A stretch of 64,000 bases of DNA, from contig LSRY02000060.1 in NCBI GenBank assembly GCA_001643675.2, positions 62,001-126,000 on the forward strand. Direction: 5' to 3'. The position numbers and the translations under genes were made by a program. Origin of the DNA: Monocercomonoides exilis PA203 (Eukaryota > Protista > Preaxostyla). Under the pieces are notes generated by a model, which did not search any database, was not told where the DNA came from, and worked only from the letters and a program-made list of their open reading frames with translations. Of this stretch, positions 63,586 to 64,000 are shown in pieces. Each line of letters begins with the position of its first letter. Positions within the stretch are counted from its first letter, which is position 1.

Positions 63586-63864
63586 CTCGTTTCAAAACTG
63601 TTTTTTTTTGATATATTTTCAAAAGAGAATTTTTTATATTTATGTTATTAAATATTGAATTTCGAACTTCATGTGCACAAATTTGATCACACCCATTAAT
63701 TTAAATGTTTCTATTTGAATTTTTATTCACAAAACACATTTTTGAATTTCATATTTTCGACCCTGGATGTATTATATTTATATTTATAAACAGTTAAGTG
63801 TTTGAATTTTTGTATTTTTTGAACTTTTCAATGAATACGTTAAGTTATCATATGCCAAAATATG

Positions 63865-64000
63865 ATTGAAATCTCAGCGAAACTCGATAGAAAGAGAAAA
63901 CTTTGAATTTTGGCAAATATGCAATGACAGTTAGATTGCACAAACGGGAGTAACCGGCTGGTTATCCAAATAATTATTTCAGTTTTCACTCTATTCGTTC
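63865..64000 (+). pseudogene. Tyrosine recombinase pseudogene, 3' continuation; runs off the window
   Basis: ...AMTVRLHKRE*PAGYPNNYFSFHSIRS contains the box II HxxR motif, in frame with 51958-52246. Confidence 0.6.

Larger units (their letters stand above)
52247..63856 (-). mobile_element. Merlin (IS1595/ISXO2-like) DNA transposon, native length ~1.65 kb, interrupted by a 9.95-kb insertion
   Basis: 24-bp TIRs GGCTAATGATAACTTGACGTAGTC (52247) and, reverse-complemented, GGCATATGATAACTTAACGTATTC (63856), 20/24 match; 8-bp flanks AAAATCTG and AAAATATG. Confidence 0.85.

Noticed and set aside
1-64000. Full TAA/TAG-to-Gln genetic code as in Streblomastix
   Set aside because: Paralogous family genes end at homologous positions in TGA or TAA, other genes end in TAG, and the 1899-codon exon is Gln-rich with no in-frame TAR. 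In-frame TARs occur only in otherwise damaged sequences.

Overview
AT-rich eukaryotic DNA with short (about 45-110 nt) GT-AG introns and the standard genetic code. The gene families look like those of an oxymonad/metamonad protist such as Monocercomonoides (inference from recalled family signatures, not a search). Intact genes: six dispersed 3-exon copies of one lineage-specific alpha-helical protein family; a secreted GGAI-repeat beta-helix protein running off the left edge; a 6-exon F-box plus multi-TM protein; and, head-to-head with it, a ~1980-aa TmcB-like membrane protein ending in a hemerythrin-like domain that has lost two of five His ligands. Mobile DNA: an intact IR/DR-type Tc1 (DD34E), three pogo-like elements sharing one intron position (one intact), and two MITEs (one a near-complete 347-bp hairpin). 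From 51.9 kb to the right edge there is a nested structure: a tyrosine-recombinase pseudogene is split by a Merlin/IS1595-type element, whose transposase is split by a 9,954-bp TIR-bounded element that carries host-gene fragments, a MITE and an intact pogo. Many pseudogene fragments and microsatellites fill the rest. No rRNA, tRNA or CRISPR array was recognised. Exon models and alignments were made by hand.
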